A DNA stretch of 63,770 nucleotides, the filler included, from Folioceros fuciformis (lineage: Eukaryota): the NCBI GenBank assembly GCA_049999805.1. It is 20 parts of 20 records of this genome, joined end to end, with 100 filler letters (N's around TTAATTAATTAA, not from the genome) between each part and the next. Parts side by side here need not be neighbours in the genome. Positions count along the whole stretch, not along the records: positions 61,799 to 63,770 come from JBNGIO010002369.1; 19 more parts are not named here. One strand, written 5' to 3'. Of the stretch, positions 61,699 to 63,770 are shown in pieces. The notes beneath the pieces are model-generated. The model worked only from the letters and a program-made list of their open reading frames with translations, had not been told where the DNA came from and made no database searches. The number at the start of each line of letters is the position of its first letter. Position 1 is the stretch's first letter. The position numbers and the translations under genes are program-made.

Positions 61699-61798
61699 NN
61701 NNNNNNNNNNNNNNNNNNNNNNNNNNNNNNNNNNNNNNNNNNTTAATTAATTAANNNNNNNNNNNNNNNNNNNNNNNNNNNNNNNNNNNNNNNNNNNN

Positions 61799-63226
61799 TA
61801 CCAGACGATGGTTCCAGGCAAGAGTGTTGTCACTTTGATACACTCAAAATCGCCAAATGGGCTGCCAGGAGAATGAGTGCAGACGAAGCTGGGGGATACC
61901 ACCCCAACCAAAGGACATAAGTGGCATTCGGCTTGCCATCCGCAAGCAGCACGCCTGGTTGTTTGAAGGTAGAAAGCCTTTAGTACAGGCGTGCTCCTAG
62001 TGGGTGGGAAGCCCAATGATGGTTATGTTGGCAGAGATGGTGGGTTGTCGCTTCCGATGCCAAGCCTACAAGGTGCTCATTCAAGGGCACTAGAGGGGTA
62101 ATTTTTCCGGGTTAGGGGTCTTGGCCAGCAGAGTGGAGTGAGGGACCTGAAGGCGAAGGGGGTCTCTGAAGGGTTACAAGATGATCCAAGGGGTCCGAGG
62201 GAGTGAAGGGCATTTTTGAGAGGCACTGGTGATTGTTGGTAAGGGCAACTAGTGTCCAAGAGGTAGCGGTCAATTAGGGTTAGGATGAGGTTAGCGATAG
62301 GCTTGGTTTAGGTTGGGGTTAGGAATAGGTTGGATTAAGGATTAGGTCATAGTTAGGTTTAGGTTAGAGTTAGGTTTAGGTCAGAGTTAGGGGCGGCTTA
62401 GGTTAGAATAGGGATAGGCTTAGGTCGGAGAGAGAGACTATTGGCAGTGGACTGAGGCTATCCCTAGTAGACAGAGATGGGGGTCCTGGGCCAGGGTAGT
62501 ATAAGGGGCCAGACCTGCTATTGATTATGTGATGTCCCCAGACCTTGTGTGCAGAATTCCTGGCTTTGGGCGCTGAGCCGGTTGAGACTGAATCAAGGTC
62601 CTGATTTCCCTTGCCACTAGGGGAACGTGGAGATCCCAAGACTATCAAGATCCGTGTGGCCGGATCCGCAAGGGCTGAATGATTCGCAGGTTGGCTGAAG
62701 TAAAGGGACAGGACCGTGAGCTTGGAGGGCTATCCAGTCCTAGTATCCACACTATGCTTGAAGGCTGCAAGGAGTGAAGCCATTGTGTCCCAATTTCTAG
62801 GGAATAGCTGAAGAAAAGAGAGGAAGAGTTGGAGTGAAATGCATAAAAGTGAAGAGTGAGTTGCTGAAGTGCAGGAGTGTGTACTGAAGTGAATCTTGAA
62901 GAGCTGAAGTGAAGAGGAAAGGACTGAAGTGGGAATCTTGAAGAGCTGAAGTGAAGGAGGAAGGACTGAAGTGGGAATCATGAAGAGTTGAAGGACTGAA
63001 GATCAGGAGTGTGAGTTGTGTGAGCTGATTTGGGGAAAGGCTAGGCTTCTAGCCTTTTTGTTGTGAGTGTATGGTCAGGCCTATAGACCAGTTAATAGGT
63101 AGAAGTGTGATAGGTAGTGTTCCTTGGCACTAGTTCATTCCCTTGGGAGTGAACCATAAGACTGCAACGACAATAAGGGGATGTGTGGCCCTTTGGTGGT
63201 TCTTAGGTGCAAGAAATCACTCCACA
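61799..63226 (+). mobile_element. Type D-like LTR 3' half
   Basis: TTAGG array at about 62273-62425, TATAAGGG at 62500, GAAGT-rich repeats, terminus ...TCACTCCACA. Confidence 0.78.
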
Positions 63227-63307
63227 CACACCACCGTAGCCTCCCTGCTCGAAGCATGACTCGAGCCGGAGCCAGACTCAAGCTGCTTCCCCTCCACCTT
63301 GTCCCTG

Positions 63308-63770
63308 TGTGAACCTCCAAAGTTTGGGGTAGTAGTTTGTTTTGGTTGAAAAAGGGTTAATAGTGGTATGGTTTGGTTTTCTTTTTCAACTTATTTTTCC
63401 TAATTTTCCTTGATTTTCTGGTCATTTTTCCTATTTTTCTTTGTGCTAATTGGGTTAATTGACCAGGAAATAGTGGGTTTGGTTATAAGAGTGGGTATAG
63501 GTTTGGTCCCAGAGCTGGGAAGGATTAGGTTCGGTACCGGGCCATAGGGTTGGGTGATTAGTTTAATATTATTTAAAGATATAATATTAAATAATAATAT
63601 AATAATATTAAAATAATGTAATAATATAATAATGGTTTGAACATAGGAACGGGTATCTGGGTATGTCAGTGTCAGGGGTCAGGGTCTGACGATAGGCTGG
63701 CTGATTGCTTGGCTGGCATGAACGGTTGTGGAGGCCATGCCCTAGCTAGAGCTAGAGGCAGGGGTTGCAG
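63308..63770 (+). mobile_element. LTR terminus, type A
   Basis: TGTGAACCTCCAAAG start; near-identical to 16483-16929. Confidence 0.85.

Noticed and set aside
62273-62425. True telomere or interstitial telomeric array
   Set aside because: The repeats are short, degenerate and embedded at a fixed LTR position; reported as an LTR feature instead.

Overview
This window is not one continuous locus. It is 20 short eukaryotic contigs joined by 19 artificial 100-nt spacers (44 N + TTAATTAATTAA + 44 N), so adjacency across spacers is uninformative. The content fits a repeat-rich land-plant nuclear genome, probably a non-seed plant (inferred from the genes and transposon types). Host genes: an intronless MOT1-family molybdate transporter, the 3' exons of a cofactor-independent phosphoglycerate mutase, an intronless F-box gene, most of AP-5 complex subunit zeta, and a truncated LRR receptor-like kinase fragment. 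The rest is mostly nested, decayed Ty1/copia, Ty3/gypsy and L1-type LINE sequence. Highlights: (1) a decayed bacterial-type beta-class DNA amino-methyltransferase (N6A/N4C) inside an insertion that truncates the LRR gene; (2) a group of related gypsy-type LTRs sharing a conserved 3' end, one lineage of which appears to carry a large accessory ORF in the U3 position while another has telomere-like TTAGG arrays there; (3) an exact 16-nt internal copy of a gypsy polypurine tract; (4) a gypsy integrase ending in a PHD finger. Repeat labels A-D are my own. All calls come from reading the sequence; no database searches were run.
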